A DNA stretch of 64,000 nucleotides, taken from a virus. Its lineage: Duplodnaviria > Caudoviricetes. The first letter of the stretch is position 1. Each line of letters begins with the position of its first letter. Location: IMG/VR virus record IMGVR_UViG_3300021254_000020, positions 96,001-160,000 of that record; one strand, given 5' to 3'. The translations under genes and the position numbers were made by a program. Shown one piece after another: positions 27,047 through 37,291 of the stretch. The notes beneath the pieces are model-generated. The model saw only the letters and a program-made list of their open reading frames with translations. It ran no database searches and had not been told where the DNA came from.

Positions 27047-27679
27047 TTAATTTTTGTATTCATTTGGATTAACAGTGCGGAACTGGCGTACTTCTTCTAT
27101 ATCTAATCCTTCACCATTTCCACCTTTGGAGTACTTATTCTTACATACTACCTGAACTCGTTTGATTTCATCAGAGTCAAAAGTGATATATAACAAATAG
27201 CCTTTATTATTACCAGCATCTAGTATATAAGAGCAAGTGGCATTAGTTACACTATTAACACCATTACTACTTCTAGCCTTTCTCTGAAGAGTAAGTTCTT
27301 TAGTCTGACTAGTCTCATAGTCATAAGAATGAGCATAACCCATTCCATGACCATAATTAGCATATGTATAACCAGTATGCTTCTCAGTATCCATAGCATT
27401 AGTCAGCTGATAGATCTCAGTCTTATTCATACACATAGCACCAGGAACCTGGGAACACCAAGTCAACATCTTCTTCTTTAGCTGAGGAGTAATAGTAAAT
27501 AACTCATTAAAGTATTTACGTTTACTATTCAGATATTTTTGAGAAGCATGTTTATCAGAAGCCCAAGATTCGGTATCAAAAGAATTCTTAATTGAATCCC
27601 ATAATTGCCTACCCATTGTAGATATAGACTCGTTTACTGTAGTGGATTCATTCAAAGAGTCCCATTTAATCAGTTCCAT
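27047..27679 (-). CDS. Hypothetical protein with LNES/VNES leader, probable virion protein
   Basis: MELIKWDSLNESTTVNES; AGGAGG SD. Confidence 0.65.
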   Translation of the reverse strand: MELIKWDSLNESTTVNESISTMGRQLWDSIKNSFDTESWASDKHASQKYLNSKRKYFNELFTITPQLKKKMLTWCSQVPGAMCMNKTEIYQLTNAMDTEKHTGYTYANYGHGMGYAHSYDYETSQTKELTLQRKARSSNGVNSVTNATCSYILDAGNNKGYLLYITFDSDEIKRVQVVCKNKYSKGGNGEGLDIEEVRQFRTVNPNEYKN

Positions 27680-27718
27680 AATATAGCCTCCTTATCAAAT
27701 AAAAATATTACTAAAAAG

Positions 27719-28231
27719 TCATGATGATTTAGGAGGGGTATTATTAGGAACTAGAGTAGGACTAGAAGAAGTTGGTTTAGGAGCACTACTACTAGGAGTA
27801 GATGGCTTAGGAGGAGCAATATCGGTAATCTTTGGAGGAGTAGAACCACCTGCTCCTTTAGAAGCCAATTGTGTCTGTACCTCACTCTTAACCATATCAT
27901 GTACTGGTTGTTTAATCTGATTGAAATCGAATTTTGGAGCATCTGTCCCCAGGAATTGCTTAGTAGTATTGATAGAGTTGTCAGACATTCCTAGTTTGCC
28001 ACCAACCTTATCAACTACCTTGTTTACACCTTTATCAAATACACCATACGCTTTTGTGAGCAACTTATTATTCTTACTATTAAGATACCCACTTCCGATT
28101 GTAGCAGCTGCTACTGGGGCAGCTGCAGCAATATAATTTGCTATATCTGGTAGCATACCCAATTCGAACTCATTCAATGGCTTGAACATACCATCTTCTT
28201 TAATCGAGTCAAATTTTATATATTGCGCCAT
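27719..28231 (-). CDS. Hypothetical protein with IKE/LNE leader, Ala-rich hydrophobic stretch and Pro/Ser tail; probable virion protein
   Basis: MAQYIKFDSIKEDGMFKPLNEF; late-type motif at 28258-28269. Confidence 0.65.
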   Translation of the reverse strand: MAQYIKFDSIKEDGMFKPLNEFELGMLPDIANYIAAAAPVAAATIGSGYLNSKNNKLLTKAYGVFDKGVNKVVDKVGGKLGMSDNSINTTKQFLGTDAPKFDFNQIKQPVHDMVKSEVQTQLASKGAGGSTPPKITDIAPPKPSTPSSSAPKPTSSSPTLVPNNTPPKSS

Positions 28232-28277
28232 TATTATAACCTCCTTATATATTTCATTACTAAGAGGTCACGATGAT

Positions 28278-28571
28278 TTATTCGAATTTCTTCAGTTTTT
28301 CTTTATCGTAATTAATTAATAATTTCCTCTCCTCTTCGGTGAGATCCTTATAATACCTCTTAGGGAATCTATCATGCCACTCACCATTCCATTCATGTAA
28401 TCCATTATATCCTACTGGTTCTCCATCAATAAACTTAGTAGGGGCGCATTCACTACAAAGAGCCTTTCCTTCGGCCCACTCTGGCCACATGTTTTTCATA
28501 TCCTTAGACCAATAGAATCCAATAGCGGTATTATCAATACCACCACATTTCTCACAACAAAACATAGACAT
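28278..28571 (-). CDS. Zinc-binding (CxxC...CxxC) phage protein
   Basis: CEKC ... CSEC; GGAGG SD before 28571. Confidence 0.7.
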   Translation of the reverse strand: MSMFCCEKCGGIDNTAIGFYWSKDMKNMWPEWAEGKALCSECAPTKFIDGEPVGYNGLHEWNGEWHDRFPKRYYKDLTEEERKLLINYDKEKLKKFE

Positions 28572-28635
28572 AGTATACCCTCCAATCAAAAAAGAAACGG
28601 TAATCCGTAGATTACCGTTTGTGTTAGTGGATTAT

Positions 28636-28905
28636 TTAGAACAGACGATCGTTAGCCCGTTCTCTTCTAATCTCCAATAAGATATCTTTGATAACACTAC
28701 CAAGAGCAGCAAGAATTTCAGCATTGATAGGAATTCTAGCCGGTAGTTTACCAAAGTGAACCACACCAGCTCTATTACCAGCAAATAGTAATAGAGACAT
28801 GGCTAGTACAGTCAGACCGACTGTTTTGAGCTGATCTTTAAATCTCTGATCCTCTTTAATCTGCTCAAACTCTTCTTTAGTTAACGTAAACTCTTTCTCT
28901 TCCAT
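28636..28905 (-). CDS. Small membrane protein
   Basis: VGLTVLAMSLLLFAG hydrophobic segment; early motif at 28981-29003. Confidence 0.65.
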   Translation of the reverse strand: MEEKEFTLTKEEFEQIKEDQRFKDQLKTVGLTVLAMSLLLFAGNRAGVVHFGKLPARIPINAEILAALGSVIKDILLEIRRERANDRLF

Positions 28906-29064
28906 TTAGTATCCCTCCTACTAAAAAACAAATAGAAATTCCGATACATCCTTTTAGTATAAATAGACTTTCGTCTATTTCACAGCTATAGTATATTATT
29001 GATTTTATATTTGGTTTATTATAAAAAAAAACAATACCCATTTAGGGTATTGTCATTGTATTAA

Positions 29065-29463
29065 TCAATCTTCGTCATCCATATTATTTTGATCGATGAT
29101 CTGTCTAGCCTCATACTGGTATTCAGGAGGTAGGGAATAAACGTCACTATAATTGGTACTTCCTGATATTCTTAGATAATTTAGTTGAGACGTAGCCTGT
29201 ACTTGCTTTTGAACGAATTCATCATGTTCCTTTCTCCATCTCTCCCTAGTCTCCTCATCTACCTCTCCACTGTTACTATGAGTAGTGGTTATTATAGTTA
29301 TGGTAGTTCTAGAATTAGGAATCCCTTGGCTTGATTTAGTAACTACTGGTTTGCTATCAATGTAGTTATCAATAGCCCAACTGATAGTAGAGTCTACTAC
29401 TGAATGAGGATCTACCATCGTTTGGAATAATACTAACTCCTTTTCTACGATATTATGCTCCAT
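29065..29463 (-). CDS. Hypothetical protein
   Basis: AGGAGG SD. Confidence 0.65.
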   Translation of the reverse strand: MEHNIVEKELVLFQTMVDPHSVVDSTISWAIDNYIDSKPVVTKSSQGIPNSRTTITIITTTHSNSGEVDEETRERWRKEHDEFVQKQVQATSQLNYLRISGSTNYSDVYSLPPEYQYEARQIIDQNNMDDED

Positions 29464-29523
29464 ACTATACCTCCTTATACAGATAAATGGATCACCTAGA
29501 ATTAACTAGGTGATCCACATGTA

Positions 29524-29850
29524 TTACTTAGTTAGCTTATGCATTTCGATATATACCTTATTATGCTCGAAGAGTTCTTGCTCGATACGATCATATATAT
29601 CAGAGATATTACCGGCAGTGATAGAGCTAAACTTAGCGCCATACGATTTCGTAACACTGATCTGATATTCTTTGAGAGTAGTATTATCTATATAGAGACC
29701 TGATTTATCCTCATAGTCATCATATACCCATGGATCATAATCTGTACTACCCTCATCTATCCAGATGCAATCATATTCCTTATCGTAGACAACACGATTA
29801 GCTTCGATCAGGTGCCTAGAACCATTGGAAACATGAACACATAACAACAT
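29524..29850 (-). CDS. Hypothetical protein, possible paralog of 30127-30393
   Basis: Similar spacing of IEAN/MECI and IEQELFEHNKVYI / MENEIQNNGYVSI. Confidence 0.65.
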   Translation of the reverse strand: MLLCVHVSNGSRHLIEANRVVYDKEYDCIWIDEGSTDYDPWVYDDYEDKSGLYIDNTTLKEYQISVTKSYGAKFSSITAGNISDIYDRIEQELFEHNKVYIEMHKLTK

Positions 29851-29897
29851 AACTTATTCCTCCTATAGATACAAATTCATATCAATATAGTATAACC

Positions 29898-30122
29898 TCA
29901 AATATGAGTCTTATACTTTACTACCTTTTTAGACTTTGGGACGACCTTTGAGAGTATATTTTTAATTTTATTAATAGTCTCCCTACCATCTTTAGAAATT
30001 ACCAGTGCTTTGGCTCTATTGATTCCAACCAACCTACGATGACCTCTAGAACTAAGAGACTGTGCCCTTGGTAAACTATCAATCACAACTACACCGATAT
30101 CTTTTTTACCAACTCCTGTCAT
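29898..30122 (-). CDS. Small basic hypothetical protein (start MTGVG)
   Basis: GGAGGAG SD before 30122. Confidence 0.55.
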   Translation of the reverse strand: MTGVGKKDIGVVVIDSLPRAQSLSSRGHRRLVGINRAKALVISKDGRETINKIKNILSKVVPKSKKVVKYKTHI

Positions 30123-30126
30123 GGTT

Positions 30127-30393
30127 TTATCTCCTCCATATAGATACATAACCATTATTTTGAATTTCATTCTCCATAGCAATGAAGAACTCATTAACAC
30201 TGCTAAACTTCACAGGAATGGTGCTAAGACCTTTCTTATAGATAACAGCATTGCCGGATACGACATCAGATCCGCTCACCTCTTCAGTATCAGTAGGAAT
30301 ACCATTAGAAAAGTAGATAACCTTTCTTTCATTGTTCCAACCTATCTTTATACATTCCATCATCAGGTTCTTATCTTCGAAGATTACTCGCAT
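30127..30393 (-). CDS. Hypothetical protein
   Basis: Collinear ORF. Confidence 0.65.
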   Translation of the reverse strand: MRVIFEDKNLMMECIKIGWNNERKVIYFSNGIPTDTEEVSGSDVVSGNAVIYKKGLSTIPVKFSSVNEFFIAMENEIQNNGYVSIWRR

Positions 30394-30399
30394 ATTTAC

Positions 30400-30708
30400 T
30401 TACTTCTCCTTATCGTGTTCTACGAATACAATCTTGCCCTCTAATGCTCCTAAGTTAGAGGATTCTCTAAACTCATAGGACTTTGGTTTATATCCAGGCT
30501 CTGCATCTTCAGTAAGATACCAGAGATTACTCTCCTTGGGTTCCCACTGTACTGTATAGGGAACTAACTTCTTACCAGCAGGGATATCTATGGTAGTAGT
30601 ACCGCCAAATCTCTTAGTTACATATTGAGCATTTAGCATATAGAATGTTCCTACTATTACCACTACCAAGAAGACAATGAATCCTAAACATCCTTTTCTT
30701 TGGTTCAT
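30400..30708 (-). CDS. Membrane-anchored phage protein
   Basis: N-terminal TM helix followed by a beta-rich domain (FGGTTTIDIP..LWYLT..ESSNLG). Confidence 0.7.
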   Translation of the reverse strand: MNQRKGCLGFIVFLVVVIVGTFYMLNAQYVTKRFGGTTTIDIPAGKKLVPYTVQWEPKESNLWYLTEDAEPGYKPKSYEFRESSNLGALEGKIVFVEHDKEK

Positions 30709-31130
30709 TCTATACCCTCCTTCTCCTTTTCCTCTTTCTCCAATTTTTCTATTCTTAGTTTCAGACTATTAGACGCTTCTACATAAGCGTTTCTCAACTG
30801 TTCTGATGCCTCTAGATTATCCTTATACAACTTTAATGCTTGTGCATAATGATCATCTAGCTCTTTGGTGTTATCTATAACCTCTCTTAATTCCTTAGCC
30901 TCTTTAGCTACTATGCACAACTTAATATAGCTTATAGTGTAAAAGGCTAAAACCATGAGGATTAGAAATCTAACTAACTCATAGTTCTCTCCGGCAATAT
31001 TTTTAAATTCATCTCCAAAGATCACTGTAATAGTGAATGAGACTAGTATGATATACATTAAGTCGTCTTTATCATAGACCTTACGTAATATCTCAATCAG
31101 ACCCTTAGACTTCTTTTTCTCATTATCCAT
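30705..31130 (-). CDS. Two-TM protein with C-terminal coiled coil
   Basis: Two hydrophobic segments followed by a heptad-rich tail. Confidence 0.7.
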   Translation of the reverse strand: MDNEKKKSKGLIEILRKVYDKDDLMYIILVSFTITVIFGDEFKNIAGENYELVRFLILMVLAFYTISYIKLCIVAKEAKELREVIDNTKELDDHYAQALKLYKDNLEASEQLRNAYVEASNSLKLRIEKLEKEEKEKEGIE

Positions 31131-31704
31131 TGTTTACCTCCAATTTAGAACGATTTATCTTTCTTCTACAATACAGCGGAGCATGCTCAATCATTTTGAT
31201 AACGATTTTATTCAACTTAGTGTTGGGATCGTTCATAACCTCCTCTAAGAAGAATCGGATTTCAGCATTCATAACTTTATCATATTTGGTCTTAGAGGTA
31301 TACCCTTTGTTAATATGGCCAGCCAGACCATTTATGATTAGAAGATATTCAGCAAAAGACACTAGGTCCTCACTAAATATATTAGTCAGTTTATTATCGA
31401 AACCATCTACCTCCAAAGCAACTTGCTCCATCTCATCCCCAATGAACATATCGATCAGCTCTTTTATGATCTGATCTTTGTACTTATTATCTTTTATATC
31501 TAAGCCAGTGAGCTGTCTTTTAGTCTTGCCCATATACTCTGCCAGCTTATCTATATATAGATAAGTTATACCTCTTGTGATCTGATCATCAAACTTCTCA
31601 TCACACTTTCTGAGATATTCAGATTTAGAGGTCACTTCCTCTAATACAATTTTACGTACTCCAAAGAATACACTTTCATTGATTCCATCTGTTGTCCATT
31701 CCAT
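31123..31704 (-). CDS. Hypothetical protein
   Basis: AGGAGG SD. Confidence 0.7.
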   Translation of the reverse strand: MEWTTDGINESVFFGVRKIVLEEVTSKSEYLRKCDEKFDDQITRGITYLYIDKLAEYMGKTKRQLTGLDIKDNKYKDQIIKELIDMFIGDEMEQVALEVDGFDNKLTNIFSEDLVSFAEYLLIINGLAGHINKGYTSKTKYDKVMNAEIRFFLEEVMNDPNTKLNKIVIKMIEHAPLYCRRKINRSKLEVNNG

Positions 31705-31779
31705 TTCTTTTTCCTCCTAATATATGTATATAGAATATAATATAGGCTAGGGAATTAACCCTAGCCTACAATTACCCAC

Positions 31780-32208
31780 TTAATTACCGACAATAACTTG
31801 TTCTATCAAGTCATGATGGTTCAGAGCCATGAACTTCATATCCTCAGCAGAATTGCTCAGATACATAATTAATAGTTCAGAACCAATCAATTCACCAATA
31901 GAACACTTATGTGCCTTTGCCAAGATCTTAAGAGCCTCGGCCTGATTTTCGGTCAATGTGATACTAATGCGCTTCTTCTCAGACACAACAGATTTCTTCT
32001 TTTCAGCCATTTGTTCCATCAACTCATCCCGATTCTGAAGAGCTGTAGTTAGCTTGTTAGCCGGAGCTCCTTTTGGGACTGGTTTGATATCGACTGGAAT
32101 ATGAGACTTAGTTGATATTTTTGACTCTTTCTTTTTAGTAGATGTAGCTTTGGGTTTTGGTTTGGTATCCTTCGTCTTCTTCGTAGTCGATTTCTTTGCT
32201 GTTGCCAT
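31780..32208 (-). CDS. Ribbon-helix-helix DNA-binding protein with Lys-rich N-terminal tail
   Basis: KKRISITLTENQAEALKILAKAHKCSIGELI (RHH pattern); K/T/S-rich N-terminus. Confidence 0.7.
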   Translation of the reverse strand: MATAKKSTTKKTKDTKPKPKATSTKKKESKISTKSHIPVDIKPVPKGAPANKLTTALQNRDELMEQMAEKKKSVVSEKKRISITLTENQAEALKILAKAHKCSIGELIGSELLIMYLSNSAEDMKFMALNHHDLIEQVIVGN

Positions 32209-32349
32209 GATAGTTACCTCCTAATGATTTGAATTTGTACTCATACCCATCATCTATATCATACTCTTCATGATCACGAGTAATATAGAATCTGGGATAC
32301 ATAGTAGCATAATGAAGTTGACTTGCTGTAATACACATATTGCTTACCT

Positions 32350-32427
32350 CTACTCTCTGTCTGCCAAGACATAAGCAATCACACTGCCTACAGCTAGTAC
32401 AACCACGATAATCGTCCCGACATCCAT
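32350..32427 (-). CDS. 25-aa single-TM microprotein MDVGTIIVVVLAVGSVIAYVLADRE
   Basis: G-rich SD directly after the SbcC stop; hydrophobic core; below ORF-track cutoff. Confidence 0.55.
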   Translation of the reverse strand: MDVGTIIVVVLAVGSVIAYVLADRE

Positions 32428-32445
32428 ATTTATTTCCCCCTTACA

Positions 32446-35145
32446 CTATCTGGCTCTAGTAAAATCGGCAATAATATTAGCGCCAGAATTTAGTAGTGCT
32501 TTATATTGCTCGATATTCTGAAGCCGTGTTATTATCAAGTCACAATTAGAGAGATCTAACTCTACGTTATGAGAGATAATAACTGCCTGATCAAAGTTCA
32601 GGATTTGCATAATAGTGTAAACTAAACTAAAGAACCTCAATCTATTGTCATTGTCGAGATTATTATCTACCTCGTCTAATCTGATTATATTGAATTTCTC
32701 AGATGCATTATGCAATAAGACGAAGCTAATAATCATGGATAATTGTCCTAGCTGAGAGGCACTCATCATACTTATATCTGGACGTATGCTACCAGTCTCA
32801 CTATCATAGAAGCTGATCAAGAAATCGTCTGCAGTGATCTCGAACTTCTCTAAAGAGAATCGTCCACCAAACATCATTGCCGATAACTGATTAACCATAC
32901 TGAGAATCTGATTCATAGTATAATCCATAATCTCAGCTTGAATACCATTGATCCCTACAGATTGTTTTACCATTTCGATTTTGTCGTATAATTGATTATA
33001 GTTATTATAATCTTTTCTATATTGCTCGAATAAAACCATTTGATACTTAGCTTGTTCTATCTGTTTTTGTAAGTCTGGTATAGATATCATAGACACATCA
33101 TTGTATTCTATATTAACGGAATTGAGATCTTCTTCATATTTCTTGTATAGCTCTACATTGTTCAACATAGAATCTATATCTTGAGAGATTTTCTTTATCT
33201 CTTCGGAAAACGTCTCATATTCGCGTTTAATAGCCTTTGCTGTGTTCAGATACTCGACCCTTTGTTTCACGCTTAAAATGGAATTTTGGGTATCTCTAAA
33301 TAAGGCGAGTGCGCTTTGTTTAGAACCCACTAACTCGTTCAATCTAGCACTTTTGTCTTCTACGGAACGTTGTAGCATCCAACTTTCTTTATTTTGATTT
33401 GTTAGACTAGATATCTTCTCTTTAAGAGTCATTATATCGGCACTAGTACTACTTATTAGATTAACGTAATTAGTATATTCCTTATAAGCAGATACGTTTA
33501 TATCTAACTGCTTTAGTCCTACTATACAATCTACGATATGTTTGGTATCCAATACATTTTCTGTATTTGGAAACTTCTTTAGTAGTTTGCTTAGACTAGA
33601 TATATATTTCACTATATCTCTGACTTGATGAACGCAAGATATTAGCTCATCTTGTTCCTTTAGCATCTTCTTAGCATCATCAAGAGAAGATACTAATTCT
33701 TCTCTCATCCTTCTAGCCTGTTCATACTGATCATCTGTCATCATAGAGTTTCTATCTCTTACTAGACTATTGATGAATGGACAGTCATCTAGATGATTAC
33801 AATCTTTAGGGATTTTAGCATAATCCTCAGTTCTATTTATTAGATCCATTTGTGTAGATATACTACTCTTAACCTCGTCTAGTTTCAGTTCTAGAGATGA
33901 TATTAGTTTAGAGTAGTCATTCACTTTAGGATCACAGTTAATGTACTGGATACTCTTAGATAACAATCCAGGAGTGAATTGGTTTCCTAATACACTAATA
34001 GTATTATTGAATCTCTCTATAGCTCCTACAGCTACAGTATATTCTCCCTCTGTAATATTATTATACTCATGAAATCCTAGCTTCTCAAAGCATTCGATAT
34101 AAAATTTCATCTTCTTCTCAGCTTGTTGTAATCTATTCTGAGTGTCTTCTAATAAACCAGGATCAAATAGGGATTTCAGCTTAATAGTATCAGCTTCTAG
34201 ATCACTTCTTAGATCAGATTCCATTTTAGTAATCTTATCTAACTCTTCTTTATAGTGTTCTAGTTTAGTCTCTAGCTGTATTTCTTCTTTCTCTTTTTCT
34301 TTTAATTCTAACTCATCAAAGTTCTTAGCCTCATCTGGAATATCATCTATTTTATTTTGCATATCTCTTCTCTTATTCAAGAGATCAGTATATATCTTTA
34401 TAGGACTACCATCCTTATCTAAGAGATTCATATTAGCTTTAATCTCTGATTGCTTAGCTAATAACTCATCTCTCTTTCTTTCTAGTATCTTTAGTTCATG
34501 ACCATTCTTATCTAGATTAGCTTTGATTACTTCTATATTTCCTAATTGAGATAATTTAGCATTTAATGCTGTTATCATAGATCTTAGAGTACTATGTTTA
34601 GCGGCTAGGGTTTTATACATTTTTGCATATGGAGCTATAGCACTAACTATAAGAGCCATAAACCGTTTCCTTTCTCCTGGCTTCATAGCCCCAATACCTT
34701 TACTATTGGCTGATATAGCTGATAGTGCCATATAATCATCATTGATATCTAATAGGTCGCAGATGATATCTTTACCACTAGTCATATTACCATTTGGGTT
34801 TAATTCTATTACATTCCCATCTGGATATATTCTTTGGATAAAGCATTTACTACCTTTGCTTCTAGTTGTTCTTCCCTTATATCCATTATAGGTTATAGCT
34901 AATATGGTACCATCATTGAGATCAAACTCAATAGTCTTAATGATATCAGTGTCCTCCATGAATACATTTGGATTTGAAAAGAATGGATGCAATTCGTTTA
35001 TTATGCTTGATTTACCACTACCATTCTCAGATCTGATTACTACTATACGATTCTTACACTTAGTAAAATCGATATTGATCTCAGATCTATTCATTGCATT
35101 CATGATATTAGCATATCCTCTTAGATATAACCGTCGTAATCTCAT
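32446..35145 (-). CDS. sbcC: SbcC/Rad50-like SMC ATPase (recombination nuclease subunit)
   Basis: Walker A SENGSGKS, long coiled coils with central Cys hook (CNHLDDCPF), signature MSASQ, Walker B/D-loop IIRLDEVDNNLD, ISHN. Confidence 0.9.
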   Translation of the reverse strand: MRLRRLYLRGYANIMNAMNRSEINIDFTKCKNRIVVIRSENGSGKSSIINELHPFFSNPNVFMEDTDIIKTIEFDLNDGTILAITYNGYKGRTTRSKGSKCFIQRIYPDGNVIELNPNGNMTSGKDIICDLLDINDDYMALSAISANSKGIGAMKPGERKRFMALIVSAIAPYAKMYKTLAAKHSTLRSMITALNAKLSQLGNIEVIKANLDKNGHELKILERKRDELLAKQSEIKANMNLLDKDGSPIKIYTDLLNKRRDMQNKIDDIPDEAKNFDELELKEKEKEEIQLETKLEHYKEELDKITKMESDLRSDLEADTIKLKSLFDPGLLEDTQNRLQQAEKKMKFYIECFEKLGFHEYNNITEGEYTVAVGAIERFNNTISVLGNQFTPGLLSKSIQYINCDPKVNDYSKLISSLELKLDEVKSSISTQMDLINRTEDYAKIPKDCNHLDDCPFINSLVRDRNSMMTDDQYEQARRMREELVSSLDDAKKMLKEQDELISCVHQVRDIVKYISSLSKLLKKFPNTENVLDTKHIVDCIVGLKQLDINVSAYKEYTNYVNLISSTSADIMTLKEKISSLTNQNKESWMLQRSVEDKSARLNELVGSKQSALALFRDTQNSILSVKQRVEYLNTAKAIKREYETFSEEIKKISQDIDSMLNNVELYKKYEEDLNSVNIEYNDVSMISIPDLQKQIEQAKYQMVLFEQYRKDYNNYNQLYDKIEMVKQSVGINGIQAEIMDYTMNQILSMVNQLSAMMFGGRFSLEKFEITADDFLISFYDSETGSIRPDISMMSASQLGQLSMIISFVLLHNASEKFNIIRLDEVDNNLDNDNRLRFFSLVYTIMQILNFDQAVIISHNVELDLSNCDLIITRLQNIEQYKALLNSGANIIADFTRAR

Positions 35146-35288
35146 TTAATCACCTCTCAGGATAATTTATGATAGGATATTTCTTACATAACTCTAGGTC
35201 AGTTCTTTCTGAATAAGATATTACAGTTTTATTAGTTGAAAGTATACCTGTATCATCAATTAAAATTATGGATACAGTTCCTAATTTT

Positions 35289-35597
35289 TTAGCTTTCGCT
35301 TTCATTCTTTTTCGGGTATTCATAACTAGCTTCGACTCCTTTTAACCAAAGACCTTCTACCTCTTTTATAATACTGCCATTAGGCTCTGTTATCTGTACT
35401 CTAATTTTAAATTTTCTTCTCTTCTTCTTTGATTTAAAATATGATTTACGGTTTATAATAGGGCATCTAATACTAAGTAAACTATTTCTCAACCAATTAG
35501 TATAATTTTGTGTTTCAGAATTAGTTGCAAATCTGTAGGCAAAATAGTGCTGTCTTTGTTTTATTAATTTATTTACTAATCTTGATCTTGTATTCAT
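35289..35597 (-). CDS. Basic hypothetical protein
   Basis: ORF, weak SD. Confidence 0.5.
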   Translation of the reverse strand: MNTRSRLVNKLIKQRQHYFAYRFATNSETQNYTNWLRNSLLSIRCPIINRKSYFKSKKKRRKFKIRVQITEPNGSIIKEVEGLWLKGVEASYEYPKKNESES

Positions 35598-35852
35598 ATA
35601 TCATCTACATCCATTTCTTTCTTAAAAATCTATGTGGTTCTCGTTTTTGATGAACTCTTATATTTTTGCATCTAGATATGTTCATGATTTGGATTTTAGG
35701 ATCATCATAAATAGTGTCTTGACTTTGATGATATATTTTATGATATGCGTTAAATATATTTTTCAATCTATTATTCATAATATCACTTCCTTTATAGTGC
35801 TGTTTTTGAGTATATCAAATATGAGGGAGAGTAGGATTTAACCTACTCTCCT

Positions 35853-35874
35853 CACTATTATAGTATATGATTCA
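35853..35874 (-). promoter_or_regulatory. Early-type promoter motif abutting hairpin 35823-35852
   Basis: Minus strand TGAATCATATACTATAATAGTG. Confidence 0.55.
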
Positions 35875-36171
35875 AAATCTAATTTCGTATACCAAGGCTC
35901 CTAGACAGTCAGCAGCAAAATCTCCACTATCCCATCTATCATCCACTACCAATTCTTTAGTAGCACCAATGGCTGCTACTGTAAGAAATCTCTCAAAGGC
36001 ACTCATCTTAGTATGTCTAGCTAACTGATCATTGATCAGGTATGACACAGCAAAATGAGCAGCCTTATCAGCCCCAATATTATCTTGAATATTATGAATT
36101 ACGTTTGCGTTACACTGGGTAGGAATAATAAGGGTAACTGCAAACAACATAGCAAGAAACCACTTCTTCAT
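35872..36171 (-). CDS. Secreted/membrane protein of the DKxxHF (YfiM/VanZ-like) type
   Basis: Signal peptide; DKAAHFAVS...GATKE...DFAADCLGA. Confidence 0.65.
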   Translation of the reverse strand: MKKWFLAMLFAVTLIIPTQCNANVIHNIQDNIGADKAAHFAVSYLINDQLARHTKMSAFERFLTVAAIGATKELVVDDRWDSGDFAADCLGALVYEIRF

Positions 36172-36195
36172 AATTCTCCCCCGCTTTAAATTCTC

Positions 36196-36567
36196 TTATT
36201 CGTCCCAAGTTACGGTGAAACCAATAGCAGTATCGCCTTCCATAACTTCTCTTACTACATATCCCAAAACAAATAAGTTGTTAATAACTGCTCCTCTTAG
36301 TTTAGGTTTAAAATCCATGGAAGCAGATGCGTATAATACGCTCAGTGAGTATTTGCCTTTAATGGCTTGGGCTTTGATTAGATTAAGAACTCTAGCAGTC
36401 AATATATTGATATTCTCTTCATCAGTATAAGTGTCTGCCTTTGCCGATAGTTCTTTCATCTTAGTAGCAGTGAAGTCATCAAAATCAACTACTACCTCTT
36501 CTTTGGTATCGTTTTCCGCTCCAGTTCCCTCTTTGGGAACATTGTTTAATTGTTCTTCATCAGCCAT
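36196..36567 (-). CDS. Stand-alone L..LGY...W domain protein (homologous to the C-terminus of 3990-5300)
   Basis: AIKGKY..VINNLFVLGYVVRE..AIGFTVTW vs AGKGLY..VIDALRVLGYQIKE..AIGIIVKW. Confidence 0.7.
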   Translation of the reverse strand: MADEEQLNNVPKEGTGAENDTKEEVVVDFDDFTATKMKELSAKADTYTDEENINILTARVLNLIKAQAIKGKYSLSVLYASASMDFKPKLRGAVINNLFVLGYVVREVMEGDTAIGFTVTWDE

Positions 36568-36652
36568 AGTATAACTCCTTTCTATATCAATTTACACTGT
36601 TGTCTAAGAAAAATAAAACACGAGGAGCATTACGCCCCTCGTGCCTGTGTTA

Positions 36653-37195
36653 TTACTCAAGAATGGTTTCGAACTTAACACTCTTAGTCATTTCATTAGT
36701 GGTCAACAGAACTACCTTCTTGCTAGTATCAGGAGCTACCGCCTGAGATTCAACAGCAAATATATAATTCGTGCCTTTAGTGATCTGAGTAGCCAGCAGA
36801 GCAAACGGTTTTACATTAGAACCAACGAACCCGGCCAGGCAAACATCATAGGATGCTTTTGCATCAGCCGGAATATCAGTCTTAACGTCGATCTTAACTG
36901 CACCACAGCCTTCAGAGCTTTTTACTACCGGAGTGATTGATACGAGAGAGAATCCGTCATCTTGTTCATTCAGAACGATAATGACTACATTCTTAGTATC
37001 ACGACCAGTAGTCAGCAGTTGTTCAGCGAGAATAGCATGGTTGAGACCATTTACTACCTGATCACCCAGATAAGCAATCGGAGTATATTCTGCCCCAAAG
37101 AATCTGGAGAAGACGTCATAGAAAGCAGTAGCTACTTTTTCAGGCATCTTATCAACAGTAACATTTACATTCCAACCACCAAGTACATTCGACAT
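36653..37195 (-). CDS. Tandem cystatin-like domain protein
   Basis: N-terminal LGGW plus QVVNG motif; second repeat with QITKGTNY. Confidence 0.6.
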   Translation of the reverse strand: MSNVLGGWNVNVTVDKMPEKVATAFYDVFSRFFGAEYTPIAYLGDQVVNGLNHAILAEQLLTTGRDTKNVVIIVLNEQDDGFSLVSITPVVKSSEGCGAVKIDVKTDIPADAKASYDVCLAGFVGSNVKPFALLATQITKGTNYIFAVESQAVAPDTSKKVVLLTTNEMTKSVKFETILE

Positions 37196-37291
37196 TAGAA
37201 TTCCTCCTTACAAAAAAGATTGGATACGATTATGACTATGTATTCCTTATAAAAAAGAAAAGAGAGGAGAATAACTCCTCTCAAATCTTAT

